A stretch of 64,000 bases of DNA from Dipteris shenzhenensis (lineage: Eukaryota), in assembly GCA_047967505.1 (NCBI GenBank), contig CM106538.1. The stretch is one strand, 5' to 3'. Below are positions 1-13,269 of the stretch, in pieces (positions within the stretch are counted from its first letter, which is position 1; the number at the start of each line of letters is the position of its first letter). Position numbers and translations under genes: made by a program. Under the pieces are notes generated by a model. It was not told where the DNA came from and did no database searches. It saw only the letters and a program-made list of their open reading frames with translations.

Positions 1-677
1 AGTCCCCAAACCATCAAGATAGCAGTCTCTGGTCCTCTGACTCGGCGCACAGTGCCACTGTGCATTCAAGCAGTGCATTCAAGTAGCACATCAAAGGAGA
101 CGTCGATTCCGTGAATCTGCATGGTCTAAAGATACTAAGGTCCATATTTTACTCCCTTTAAAAAAAAAAAAAAGGGGAGAGAGATTTAAAAAAAAGAAAA
201 GAAAAAGGAGAGCTCTAAAGTTCAGAAAAAGAAGTCTTCTTTTAGGCGATCTGTAACACAAAGTGCAAGGCCACTCCACTGACCAGCAAAGAAGCAAAGC
301 AAAATCTGAAGAAGCTCGAATCAAGAAGGCAATTGGAACCATGAAATCACCGAGCAATTAATTGGAGATCAGTCGAGCGCATAAACGACTACGAGCGGCA
401 TCATTGGTCACATATCTCCCACTCTAGTCCTTTCCACTTCCGATCAGAGAGCTAGATAAGTGATTTCTTTTGCTTTATATTTCATACACTTAGTATCTTC
501 CGCCATCCATTTCTTACCATACACTCGAATTGCACTTTTTCATCCGTTTAATTCTCATACACTTAGTATCTTTATTTTTTTTCTTTGCTCCGCTTTATTT
601 GTACTTATTGCATTATCATGGCGCATCAACCACAACCACCCATGCTCCAAGAGCAGTTAGATGCACTTTAGGCACAG

Positions 678-3231
678 TTGGCCGATGAGCGTGAGCATAG
701 GGAGAGATTGGAAAAGAAAATCAATGGTAAGAAAAGGAAGAGACATTCATCTGACGATGAGTCATCCGACAATGATTCTGACGATGATACTATTATCAGG
801 ACAATCAAAGCCACACTGAGAGCACAAAATTCAAGGAAGAAGAGTAAGATAAGTAGAAAAGCTTTCTCATTTCAAAATTTTGATGGAAAGAAAGAAGAAT
901 GCACTATCTTGTCTTGGATCAGTCAGCTAGATGATTATTTTTCGGGGGAGAAATTCTCTGAAAAAGATAAGATTAAATGTGCTGCAAATCATTTAGTAGA
1001 GAGTGTTGCACTTTGGTGGAACATCACTAAGGACAGTAAAAGGCGACCAAAATCTTGGAAGTCTTTTCAAAAAGAGAGATTTCCTTCCCTCACATTTCAA
1101 AGCAAAAGCTAGACAACAATGGGATACTTTCAGGCAATTCGATAAGGAAACGATCCCCACATATACTGATACATTTTGGCAAACGTTGATCCAATTACAA
1201 TCCTTGGAGAAAGTTAATGAGCGAGATCAACGCAGGAAGTATGTGGCAGGTCTAAAGTCTAAGTTGAGAGCTGAGATTAACATGTTTCATCCTCGCTCAC
1301 TGAGCTCAGCAATTTCTCTTGCAATGAATTGTGAAAGGAAGAATGGGATCCCAAAAGAAGGAAGAGATCCGGAACGGCATGTACCCTTTAATAAGAAAAA
1401 GAGATTTGATAAAAAGCCCTTCTTTAAATCTAAAAATGGTTTTGTTCCACAGAAGATAGATTCTTCTTCGAAGCTAAACGGTGGGACTTTTCCAAAGAAA
1501 GAAATAAGGTGTTTCAAATGCAACAAGCTGGGACACATAGCCACTGAGTGTCCTGAAAGAAAGAAGACCCCGACAGTGAAAGTGCACATGATTGATGATG
1601 AAGCAGCCAAGCAAGAGGGAGGTAAGTATAATTGTCATGCTCTTCTAAAGATGAAAGGTTTCATTAATGGCAAAGAGGTTGTTATCTTACCGGTTAACAC
1701 TCCACCTTGCAAAGCTCCTTATAGAGTCAACCAGCTAGAGCAAAAAGAAATACAAAAGCAAGTGGAGGAACTGATAGAGAGAGGATTGATAAGACCCAGC
1801 AGTTCTCCTTATGGAGCACCTGTCTTATTAGTAAAAAAGAAAAATAAAACCTATCGAATGTGCATAGACTATCGTACACTAAACAAAATCACAGTGAAGA
1901 ACAAATATCCAATCCCTAGGATTGATGATCTTTTGGACAAATTGAAAGGGGCTAAGGTCTTCAGTAAGATAGATCTCAAATCCGGCTATCATCAAGTTTG
2001 TATGGTAGAAGAGGATATATACAAGAATGCCTTTAGAACTCAAACGAGACATTATGAGTTTCTACTTATGCCTTTCGGGCTAACTAATGCTCTAGCTACT
2101 TTTAGTAGAATGATGAATTGAATCTTTCTTAAACACCAAGATTGTGTGGTAGTATTTTTCGATGATATTCTGGTGTTTAGCAAAGATGTTGAGGAGCATA
2201 AGGAACATTTGAAGCTAGTCTTTTCACTCTTGAAAGAAAATCAATTGTACATAAATCCTGCAAAGAGCAGTTTCTTTCAAGATCACAGTATTTGGGTCAC
2301 ATTGTATCCATCGATGGGATTCGAGTAGATCCAAAGAAGAGTGAGTGCATAGTCACATGGCCTAAACCCCGAGATATACATGAATTGAGATCATTCTTGG
2401 GATTGTGTAGCTTTTACAAAAAGTTTGTCAAGAATTTCGCATACATTGCACATCCATTGATAGACCTTCTTAGAAAAGCTAAGCATTTCTTATGGATTGA
2501 GCGTCAAGATAAATCTTTTATAGCTTTAAAAGAAGCTCTCACACAAGCTCCTATGTTGCAACTACCCGATTTCTCTAGACCATTCTTTGTAGTTGTAACC
2601 GATGCTAGTGGATATGGAATTGGAGCCGTACTTATGCAAGATGGACATCCAATAGCATATGAGAGCCGAAAATTCAAACCAGTGGAATGCAATTATAGTA
2701 CATATGAGTAAAGAATTAACCGCTGTTGTGCATGCTTTACAAATGTGGAAACATTATTTGATGGGATCTGAGTTTCTTATCAAAGCCGATCAGCAAAGTA
2801 TCAAGCATTTATTGACTCAGCCACTCATATCCGATAGGCATATCAAGTGGGCATCATTTATATAGAGTTTTCAGCCCATGATTCAGTATCAACCTGGAAA
2901 AGAGAATGTAGTTGCTGATGCTCTTAGCAGAAAGCCAAGTATTAATCACATCACTGCTGTAGAGACCCAGCTTTTTGTAGGTATGAAGAATTCTTATCAA
3001 GGGGATCCAGACTTCTCCGATATATGGAACAAATTAGAGAATAATAATTGGAATCCTATGTTGGACTATTCATGCAATGATGGATACCTCTTTTATCAAA
3101 AGAAATTATGCATCACTCGACCCTTTAGACAAATTGTAATGGAGGAAATGCACCAACCACCATATATGGGACATAGGGGAGTGACTGCCACTTTACAAGT
3201 GATAGCAAGAGAATTTCATTGGCCTGGATAA
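678..3231 (+). mobile_element. Ty3/gypsy gag-pol, degenerate (gag, Zn knuckle, RT, RNase H, start of integrase)
   Basis: [14 protein letters not shown] knuckle; RT motifs [37 protein letters not shown]; RNase H TDASGYGIGAVL and GKENVVADALSR; integrase HQPPYMGH. Several stops and frameshifts; protease deleted. Confidence 0.95.
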
Positions 3232-3599
3232 TGACATTGGGATGTGTCAAGATTTCCCCAACGAACACAATGGGCACAGTAGAGTGTTGGCCTGGCTCTA
3301 AGACGAGGGCATTCCTTAGTGGCTCTTGGCAGCTGAGGTGTACTAGGTGACCCTTGGAATGACCTTAGTTTGACCGAATTTGCCCAATTTCCTGACCTTG
3401 ATGGACTTGATTTTTTTGACTAGAATTGGAGCAATTGGCTGACTTGTGAGGTGCATTTGATGGAAGTGAAGTGCTAGGGGTGACATTGCCCTTGTACAAC
3501 ATTCAGTTGGATTGACAGTTGGCTCCAAAGGGTGGCTTACTAGACAAGGCGCTATCTTAGCCCTAAGACAACATCCTCTAGGTGGCAACCCCCTCTTTC

Positions 3600-3980
3600 A
3601 ACCTGAACTTTACCCTATGGAGAGTTGTGGTGGGCAAACTGCTGGTAGGGGGGAGAATTGCCAAATGGAACCCTAGAGTTCCACCCCTATGCCCCTAATG
3701 TAACAGTTTCACAGAGACTCACATGCATCTTCTGTGGGAATGCCCAATTACAAGGGAACTTTGCTCTGAAACTCACATGCATCTTTTGTGGGAATGCCCA
3801 ATTACAAGGGAACTTTGCTCTGAAACTCACATGCATCTTCTGTGGGAATGCCCAATTACAAGGGAGCTTTGGAAGGGGGTAGAATGGAAGTTGAGCAACT
3901 TGCACATAGCAGTGAAGCTGAAGTGGAAGGTGGCTATACTAGGGGACAAAGGAGGCCAAGACAACCTGATTTACTAGACG
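3600..3980 (+). mobile_element. LINE C-terminal zf-RVT fragment
   Basis: One frame reads PLCP*CNSFTETHMHLLWECPITRELWKGVEWKL, matching the CxxC...ETxxHLxWxC zf-RVT pattern. Confidence 0.65.
3718..3870. repeat. 54-bp tandem repeat, ~3 copies
   Basis: ctcacatgcatcttctgtgggaatgcccaattacaagggaactttgctctgaaa repeated; 18-aa periodicity in the ORF track. Confidence 0.95.
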
Positions 3981-4189
3981 CTACAACTCTAGTTTTGTTG
4001 TGAATTTGGAACTTCAGGAATGGATCTCCACCACGAGGTAAGATGCCGATCGAAAGCTGTCTAGAGGAGATTCGTAAGGCGATAAGCTTTTTCGGTCAAC
4101 AAAAGCCTTAGGGGGGTTGTGGACTTGAAACTCTGCCTTTCAGGGAAAAGGCATACGATTTTGTGGATATGGTGCATCAAGCAAATGTT

Positions 4190-5830
4190 AGTGGGTGAGC
4201 TACCTAAAGGTTGTAATGTTAGTTGATAAAGTTTTTCCTAAAAGATAGAACAGATTGAAAGTTAGGACTAGAGACCCATTTCTATGCTTGATACTTCTTA
4301 TAAAATAATGGATAAGGCTTTAACCATTAGGATTAGAGAAGTGTGAATGTCTATGGTTGACAAGGAGCAAATAGGGTTTGTGACATCTAGAGACATTTTT
4401 GAGAACATGTTGATTTGTCTCCTCTGTGCTAGACTTTATTGTTAAGATAGGTAAGAAGTGTTTGTTACTTGGGTTTGATTTAACCAAGCTTATGATAGGG
4501 TCCACTGGGATTAAATCTTGGCAATGTTGAAAAAGCTCAGGTTTGTTAGCATGGGATTTCATACAATGGTTAGTATGCTATTTGGGAATGGCTCTACTAT
4601 TCTTTATCTGAACAGGACGCTATGGGCAGATTTGAGTTGCATAGGTCCAATTGGCAAGGCTACCCTTAGGCACCATTAGTTTGTACAGTGTGCCATTAAT
4701 ACACTTGAATAAAGAAGGGATGCATGGAGAGGAGATGAAGGGATAGTGCTCCATTTGGCTAAGTAGTTCTGCTAGCGATTGTTTGTTGATGATGTGGTGG
4801 CCCTAATGGTTGAAAATAAGGAGGGTTGAAAAGTTATGCCTGTTTTGAGTAAGTATGTTTGAATTCTGATTCAATGTGTAGTTCGGAGAAAGCATTTGGG
4901 CTAAGCGTGGACTCTGAGGGTATTTCAAACTGGCTAATAGGGGTGTGTCTGAATTGGTTTGAGAAGGGTACAACGATACTATACCCTAGGACTCCTTTGG
5001 GTTTTGGGGTTCCTTTAAGGCAAAAATTTAGGATTCATGGTGGTGTTACCTTGGGTTGGAATGCTAGAGTGCTTATGGTAAAGCATGTGTTGTCTGCTAA
5101 AGTGCTTGTGGTAAATCATGTTTTGTCTCCTAGTACTGTTTACTTAGCAACTATCTAGAGGTTCAAGAAGACACATTGGCTTGAGATTGAGAAACTATTG
5201 CGAGGGTTTGTTTGGGTAGAAGATAGGGAAAAGAGGAAATGGTAGTATATTCCTTGGGATGCCATGAAGTTATCCAACACCAATGGGAGTTTGGGTGTGC
5301 CAAACAATTTGAGAAACGGAATGTTGCCTTGATATGTAAGTGGCTGCCTAGACTGTTTGAGTGCCATGATCCTTGGGTGGAATGTGTTAAGTGGTTTATT
5401 GAGAATGAGGTTGGTAAAGGTGTGGGGTCTTGGAAGGAAATGGATTGGTATGATAGGCTTTGTTTCTAGTTCCCTCTCAAGATTAGGAGTCAACATCTGG
5501 TCTTGTTGATGCCTAGAAGACTTCTAGTAATTTGAATATGGTATGCCAGCCTTCTGAAATGCTTGTGGTGGAGTTGGACAGTAATCCTGAAGGGCAAAGC
5601 CCTAGCTTGGATTTATATATGGTCGACTAGACCTACTTTCAAAAAAGGGGTGAGGACTTGGATGCAGCTTTGGGATAATAGGAGAGCCAGCTGGAGGCCT
5701 ACCTATGCCATCAAAGGATGAATTTATTTTGTCTAGAATGACGTATACTTTGTTTTCAATCTTCTAAGAACTATAATCTATTCCTTGAGTTTTAAAACAA
5801 AGTGTGGTTTGGATCATTGGGTAAAAGCAA
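4190..5830 (+). mobile_element. Decayed L1-like LINE ORF2 (RT region)
   Basis: Remnants RPISML..SYKI, QGYPL, LFVDDV (~4780), LGWNARVLMVKHVLS and KWLPRLF; similar to the LINE at 24.3-27.7 kb. Confidence 0.75.
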
Positions 5831-5879
5831 TCTGCACAGGCAACCTAGTTTTGTGTTTTGGTCTATTGAACTCTTTGTT

Positions 5880-7857
5880 GTATTGCAACTTGTATTTTCG
5901 GCATAAATAAAAGATGGAATCTTCCACATAACATATAAAAAGGGTCCATCCATGAAACCAAAAGGTAATTCTTTTCACACAATTCACCGCTTAATCAATT
6001 GGAGAAGGAGAACACAATCACACCATGAAAACGATAGTAGAATGGGTACAATCTCCCCCCCCTAGATTAGTGGCTCACGCTTCCTCATCTAGATTATTTA
6101 TGATATTTCATAAAAGCACTAAGGAGCCAAAATTATCCCTCTCATCCAAAAATGAGGGATTTGCTTTACATAGCCATCTTAGGGCCCAAAATGAATTATG
6201 TCCATAACAAAATGTATTGCTCAAACTTGCAATAATAAAACAAATACAAAATTGGCCCATGGCCATATATAATGCACTGTGCGACACCTCGATCGGTATC
6301 CTCACACTAACTCCAATCCTTGCTATGAGTTCCATCACCTGTGCTCAAGCTGCCACTTACATTAATTATTAACAATTGATTGAACAAATCACCGAATCAA
6401 CCGATCCCAACATAACCGTGCTCAAAGCACAATAATCAAGCACAACACCAATAACACTAGCGACATCAGTATTAACATGGAATCACCCACAATACCGATC
6501 ATCTAGCATGGCAAAACACAAGCTACTCAGGCGTCCCCAACTAACCACACAAAGTATCCACTAGGACCCCCGCCCTGTCCAGTGCGCTCCTATGGAGTAC
6601 TTTGCCATAGTCACACTCGACTAAAAATAATAATGTCCAAAGCAAGATATATCATAAATATAATTTCCGTAACATCCCTCTTGCTTGGATTGCAACTGAC
6701 CTCAGTTGCGTGTTTGATTATAGGAACTAAGGAGGTCTGGAAAAGTTCGAAAGAATCGCTCAGGTATCCATTGAGCATCGTCTCTTGGATGGTTCTTAAA
6801 TTTGAGCAAGTATTTAGTATAGACATTTCCTTTTTGGGTCGAGGTCTATTGATGATCAACAATGCATTCGGGTTCTACAATTTCTTCTTCATCAACAATC
6901 AATGGGGCCTCTTCATAGATAGGATGAATAGGTAAAGGTCCTTTGAAGGGCTTTAAGAGGCTGATATGGAAAGCATTATGTATTTTCCAATTATCAGGTA
7001 ATTCAAGCCTATCAGCTAGATCATTGATTTTCTAAATCACCTTGAATGGTCCATAAAAACGTGGTGACATCTTGATTACTGGCCATTTCTCAACACTCTT
7101 CAATCTTCTTTTCTCAATACATAATCGCCTTCTTTAAAAAGCATGTTTTTCCGTTTCTTATTAGCTTGTTTAGTGTACTTCTCTTGAGCTATTGCAATTG
7201 CTTCTTGAACTTCTTTGAGAATATTTTGATAATCATGGGTAAATGCATCTGCTGCTTCCACTCTATGGGTCAATCGTGTGATAGGAATAGGTAAAACCTT
7301 CCCATAGATAATCTCATAGGGTCCTCTTCCACTTGCAGAATGAGGAGTATTACTGTAAGAGATGAATGTATTTGTCCCAAGTCTTTGGTTGACTTCCTGC
7401 ATAAGCTCTTATCATACTGTTTGTAACTTCAGTTTGTCCATTCGATTCTGGATGAAAAGCTGATGAGAAATCTAACTTAGGGCCTAGATTATGAAATAAT
7501 GCAGTCCAGAAATTACTACAAAACTTCGAATCTCGATCAAACACTATAGTCTTTGGCAAGCCATGATGAACAAAGATATGCTTGATGAATAAATGTGCAG
7601 CTTGCTGAGCTCTTAAAGTCTTCTTGCATGGGATGAAATAAGCTTGCTTACTAAAGCGATCTACTATCGTCCAAATCATATCATTTTGATTCGCTGTAGT
7701 GGGAAAACCTGCTATGAAATCCATAGATATTTGTTCCCAAGGTTGCGTAGGAATAGGCAAAGGCATTAGCAATCCTGGGGTCTTGCCTTTGTAACTCTTG
7801 ATTTTCTGACAAGTGATGCATTCGGCTACAAACTTAGCCACATCTTTTTTTCAAAGT
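5880..7857 (-). mobile_element. Chromovirus (Ty3/gypsy) 3' part: integrase core, chromodomain, PPT, 3' LTR
   Basis: CITCQ, PWEQISMDFI, IVDRFSK, DRDSKF and SAFHPESNGQTE; chromodomain-like EPECIVDH..KYLLKFKNHPRDDAQWIPE (~6700-6890); purine tract then TGTTACGG, with the LTR starting at 6674. The far LTR end is approximate. Confidence 0.9.
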
Positions 7858-8950
7858 TTCTTACTATATCTGCGTGGGCGGCATCCAATTACATCCTCCT
7901 GGGTCCGAATTTAGGAGGGAGGTGATTCATGAACTCCATGCAACATTGGCTTTTCGTGGTCATGGGGAAGCCTAAATCTAGCTAAAGGCACACTCTCCCA
8001 ATATGCCACCTAAAGTGTGGCCAATATTGTTAAGCGTGTCCATTGGTCATGTCAATTGTTAAGCGTGACGGTTTACTTGTCAATTGGCCATGTCAATTGT
8101 TAAGCGTGTCGGCTTACTATAGGCTTCCTAGTACACATTGGCCGTTGCCAGTTTCTTCCACGAGGGGGGGATGGAAGAATCTCAATGTGGTGAATGGATT
8201 CTTTCGATTCAGCTCCAAAAGCTTCCTTGAGGTAAAATTCTCGTCTGCAAGAAATCGTTCCTGTTTGGGCGTTATTTTCATGGTGACTATTTGTTGGGCG
8301 TTATCGTTACGTCTCACGAGCACTTGAGTCTTGAGGCCCCCACTCTTCGCTCATCATCCCCACCACAACGTGCCATGTTCCTCAATCCCCCTCCCCCGTT
8401 TGCTCCATCATGGCTGCCGGGATTCGTTATTACAAAGGCGTCGTTGCTACAGAACAGTCACAGGTTTCCCGTTGCCAGCCGTCGCAGAATAACTGTGGTA
8501 TGTTCTATGTAGGATGATACTTCTTCAGAACAAAAGTAGACTCGTTGTAAAAACCATAGATGCTGAGAGACTTCTGCAGCTTTACAGTCCCATCGCTATA
8601 AGCTAGGAACAAAACCATCATTCGTGCAGAAGCCTCATATACCTAAGTAGTATATGATGCAAGTGGATGAAGGCTCACCTGGCTCGATGAAATGCGGACA
8701 TCCATCGCTATAAAAGAATTGTTGCTCTGTCCAAAAGTCTACATATGTATAAATAAGTACATAATGTCATGTCCAAACCCCTCTAGCGGCGCTGATTTTC
8801 TGTCTAGATAGAAGACTAAGTCACACATAAAGGCGTAATGACAAGGTGGGAGTTTTGTGGGAAATGGGAACTTTAATGCCAAGGTGGCATGTGGTCCTCC
8901 ACCTTTTCTTCCCATCTTTTTCCCACAAAACCCTGGAGCTCTTGAGCTCA

Positions 8951-9166
8951 GGGGATTTGTGGGAAAGGGAATTTGTGAAGCTTTTAGAGGTTGAAAATGA
9001 CATAACTCCACATTTCCACCAAACAATATGATGAATCATGGGGAATTGACTTTTACTAGAGGGGATTTGTGGGAAAGGGAATTTGTGAAGCTTTTACAGG
9101 TTGAAAATGACATTACTCCACATTTCCACCAAACAATATGATGAATAATGGGGAATTGACTTTTAC
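8951..9166. repeat. ~110-bp direct duplication
   Basis: ggggatttgtgggaaagggaatttgtgaagctttta...ggggaattgacttttac at 8951 and 9061. Confidence 0.9.
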
Positions 9167-9416
9167 CATTAAAACCTTTTTCCCACCATGTCGTAAGGGC
9201 TTAATTTAAATGTAGGTTAAAAGTACCTTCCAAAAAGTTAAAAACCAAAAGTTCACATACTTTAAAAAAAAAGAAAAGAAAAAAAAGAAACTGCCGACTT
9301 TTATTGCGGGGGGGGTCAGTCCCTGGAAAATAAACCAGACCCTAGTAGTACAAAACTTGACCTCTAGTTGGGCCGGAGCCCTAGGCCCACGCTAAGAAGC
9401 GGATGGGAACCTACTC

Positions 9417-9480
9417 GGTTATATGTTGTTTTAAGTATGCAGAACTTAGAAAGTTCACATACTTAAAACAACATATAACC
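9417..9480. repeat. Hairpin with 23-bp perfect arms
   Basis: ggttatatgttgttttaagtatg (9417-9439) and catacttaaaacaacatataacc (9458-9480), plus an inner gaactt/aagttc pair. Confidence 0.9.
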
Positions 9481-9954
9481 AATAAGAAAATGACAGGTGA
9501 ATCAATTACCATTCGACAAATGGGGGGACGAGCATTTTCCGAGCAAAAACGTACGAGCGATCTGAGCAGTGGACCTTTAGTTAAGTCTAATTTGATACCT
9601 TCAATATATATATTTTTTCAATAAACATCATGTGCAAAAAAATAAAGTAAAAATAATATTTCTTCCAAACAATTTATAGTCAAATGGTCTAGAATCTCAG
9701 GAAGATTGAATTGAGAGACATGGATAGATTTCTATAAAAGGACCATTCAAACACACCAAAAGGTCACCGAAAACTATAGTGTGGTGAGTAATACATTGTT
9801 CATACACAACTCTTAAAGAAGCTGTGGGCAACAAAATACTGTTTACATACATATAGCTATATTGTGTCAAGCAAATGACTATCAAAATGCACCCAAAAAG
9901 TCAACACAAGCTACAATGGTCATACAATATTTGTATGCACCTATGCAAGTTCCT

Positions 9955-12900
9955 TTAATATAACCACAAGTAGAGATAAACGCCCTTCTTAGCAAGCAGG
10001 TAGAGCTGGTAGAGTTCTTGCCTACTTAGTGCAGATTGGTGAATGAACATGTGTATCTTCTCATCTAGACCCAAGTATTGCATATAAATGTAATACAGAT
10101 GTTTGCATGGGATATATCTGTTTTGCCCTTGAGAATGGCCCATAAAGTCCAGACATGTGCATGATGGAAACACTGAAACCACAACATTGTACTTGCTCCC
10201 TTTTCTACGTGATCCTGGAGTGGAAACTAGGTACTCCACATGCTCTCTAGGGACAACTATATTAACATTGTGAACAACACATTCCAAGGAAATAGACTTA
10301 GCTATCCTTGTTCTCATTTCACATGTCACCTCACTTACCCATTCCACAACCATGCCATCCCTTGTGCTCGGTCTACTTGTTAAATCAGCAGATTTGGCCC
10401 TAGTGCATTGCTTTTTTAATCTAAATCCTCCAGCTACTAATAACCTCATTTCTTCCTCATCTAGGCTTGTCCCCTTCTCAATAGGCCACTCCCTCGGCAC
10501 CTCAGGTGGTTTTCCTTCAATGCAATTTGATGGTGTCCATGTTATCCCCACAAAACCAAATCAATTGCCTTCGAATGCCTGCTTTGGTGTTGATTCTCCC
10601 AAAAAAGCTAGGTGCAGGAACACCTCTCTTTCCCGTCCTACCCTTGTGATCTATCAATTTGTGGCATTTGATTCCTTTGTCCTCTAAGTATCCTTGACAC
10701 CTCACCTCACTACCTGCATTAGTTCTTCTTATAGCCCACATAGTCTTGTGTACTACCTCTTCTTCAACATATTGATTTGTTTTCAAGATTGGTGTGGTAT
10801 TTTGTTTTCTCTTTCTTGGCTGATTTACATACTGGTATTCTGGACGATGTGAATCATTTGCATACACTGCTTCTGAGAAAGATTTTGACCGCTTCCTTCT
10901 CACAGTCTTCAAATCACCCATACAATCTTGACCTCCAATAGTTGCATCCACCTTACTGAGATCAATGAACTTGCATGAGTTGCTCCCTATGTCCCCATAA
11001 GAGTGCCTTCGAGATAGCTTTTCCAAACTAGGTCCACAACCCAAGTGTAGTCCCTTTAGATATTCTGTGTATCTTGCAGTTTGCAGCAAAGCACCCGTCA
11101 TATCTGTCTCACAAGCATTTTTTAGTGTGACATATTTCACTCCGTCATTCGATGCCAACCAACTTCCATGGACTGACTCTGCAAGGTTGGCTCTAGGAAC
11201 TAAAAACTGGTCAGATCCCTCCATGCCCTGTGCCACAACATAGATTAGTTTCCAATAATCAAAAAACAATAAAGTTGTGAATGAAATAACAATAGACCTA
11301 CCTTGAGAATGTATTCTCCCCAATGAGCCACTCTTGCATGCCACCACACAATCCATGTTTCTAAAATGGAGATGTCCTTCTTATGTGCATGATGCTTGAA
11401 CCACGAACGGAGGTTTTTCAACTCGATGTCTGTAGCTTCTTGAGATGGAGCATTCTTCCACTGTCTACACCTTAGCTTGAACTCCTCACGATCAAATGAT
11501 GGAAGGAACTTAGCATGGTTTTCCAAGCTTTGCTCCCAATGGAATAAGCAAGATCTCTCTTTTTCTTTGAGCACCTTATTGGCATCACCATTGAATACCA
11601 TTCTAATTGCACGCCAATTTGCTTGTGCCTCATCAGCCATAAACCCTTTAAATTGAGGCTTTGGGAATCCCTCCTTCTCCATGACTCTATTTAACATTTC
11701 CCAAAAAAGGATATGGGCTTCTATATCCTCAACCTTGAAATCCCCAATAGCAATAGTCTGTAGCTCTTGAACAAAAGGGTTGTAAACATGGCATGCCATT
11801 GTATTCCAATCATGCATACATTTGACAAAATCAAAGCAAACCCAGCACGATCCTAACTCTCCACCTGGCCTCATCTTGTTCACTAGATCAACACCACTAC
11901 CATGTCCCTTGGTAGACATCTTGAAAACATGACATCTTTCAAATGAAGAAAATTCAAGTTGTCCAGGGAACACCATGCTCTGAAAATAATCATATACACA
12001 CTTTCTTTTCAGTTGTAAAAGAGCATCATAAACATCTGCAAAGGATCCACTTTCAATTTGGGCCTCCCTTTTCCAACGTGCAAGCCTACAGTTAAGAACA
12101 TGTAGCATCAAAATCCCATTACTTATTTTTCATAAAAACTTGAGTACTTTTAATCACATTAAAAGGACAAGTATGCACATACCTTCTCTTGTTGGAGTAA
12201 TCTTCTCTAGTAATGATGTCAATTCAGCATCACTCATGGCTTTCGGATCATCTTGAATGACGGCATCCAATATTATTTTTTTTGCTAATGTTTTTTGCAA
12301 GGCTTTAGGTCTTCCCATCCCATCTATTTGTATGAGCTTAGTCAACCTAGCCTTAACTTCCTTCACAGCACCTCTAGAACTTCCTTCACCAACGGGATGC
12401 AAATGATACCCTGAGTGTATAACACACCTCTTAAATTGTGTATCACCCTTGGGGTGTGGGTAACATAAGAATAGCCTACATGGGCACTCTTGCTCGCAGA
12501 AAGGACGAGCACCACAATGCAAACACTTAAGAGTACTATTTTCGCCAACATATGATCTTTGAGGACACACTCGTGAAAGTCTCCCTTGCCAATGCTTCTC
12601 ATTGGCCTCTTTGGTTCTCTCCAAGTAAGGACAAAATATGTTTTTGCATTGTAGATGCCCACCACATCTTCGAATTCTAACTAAACCATCAAATCCTGTC
12701 ATATTACTTGTTATATCATCCGTCCAAACATGGCTGTCGTATTTGGTTTCTGTCCCCTCAGCACGGTTAGGGAGGTCCGAAGCGGGAAGCTCAAACAAAA
12801 TATTGCCATCATACTTTACTGGAAGTGCATCAACTTCTTGTATTGTTGTTACAATGTCCATAGCTTTTTTGAGTGCACTTCTTGCAGGAAGGTTTTTCAA

Positions 12901-13269
12901 GAGAGGAACCAAACTCATGGTCTTATCGGATTGTTCATCTACTTGTTTTTTATCCGACACTTCCTTACTGATTTCTGTCAAAAGCTTTACACCTCTAACA
13001 ATGAAGGTGGTTCCAAACTGAGTGTCAAGATGAAACAAGGACTCCTCACCTACAAAGGGAACCTCAAAGGACAAGTCGTCACACTTGCTATCAAGTAGTT
13101 GATGCAAAGAGATTGAGCTCGGTGAAAGTCCAAATGCTAAGTGAAGGTATTCCCTACTAATGCGTGCAACACCATTAGTTGTTGCAACTTGCAGTGTCTT
13201 CGACCTATTGTCATTGGACACAATTGCAAAATCCATGGAGCTTGTGGAACACAATCTCCCTTCCTTCAA
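9955..13269 (-). CDS. Spliced Mutator-like (MULE) DDE transposase with Cys/His-rich GCM-like region and C-terminal SWIM finger; probably slightly disrupted
   Basis: Zn-binding region RCGGHLQCKNIFCP..CLHCG..CPCRL..HSGYHLHP; MULE core VCFDFV, KGFMADEAQANWRAIRMVF, CLFHWEQ and NLAESVHGSW; SWIM SCTCLDF..PCKHLYYI. The GT-AG intron 11301-11228 is in frame. The candidate intron 12182-12086 is off by one phase, and there is a frameshift near 10520-10550. Further 5' exons are likely. Confidence 0.85.
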
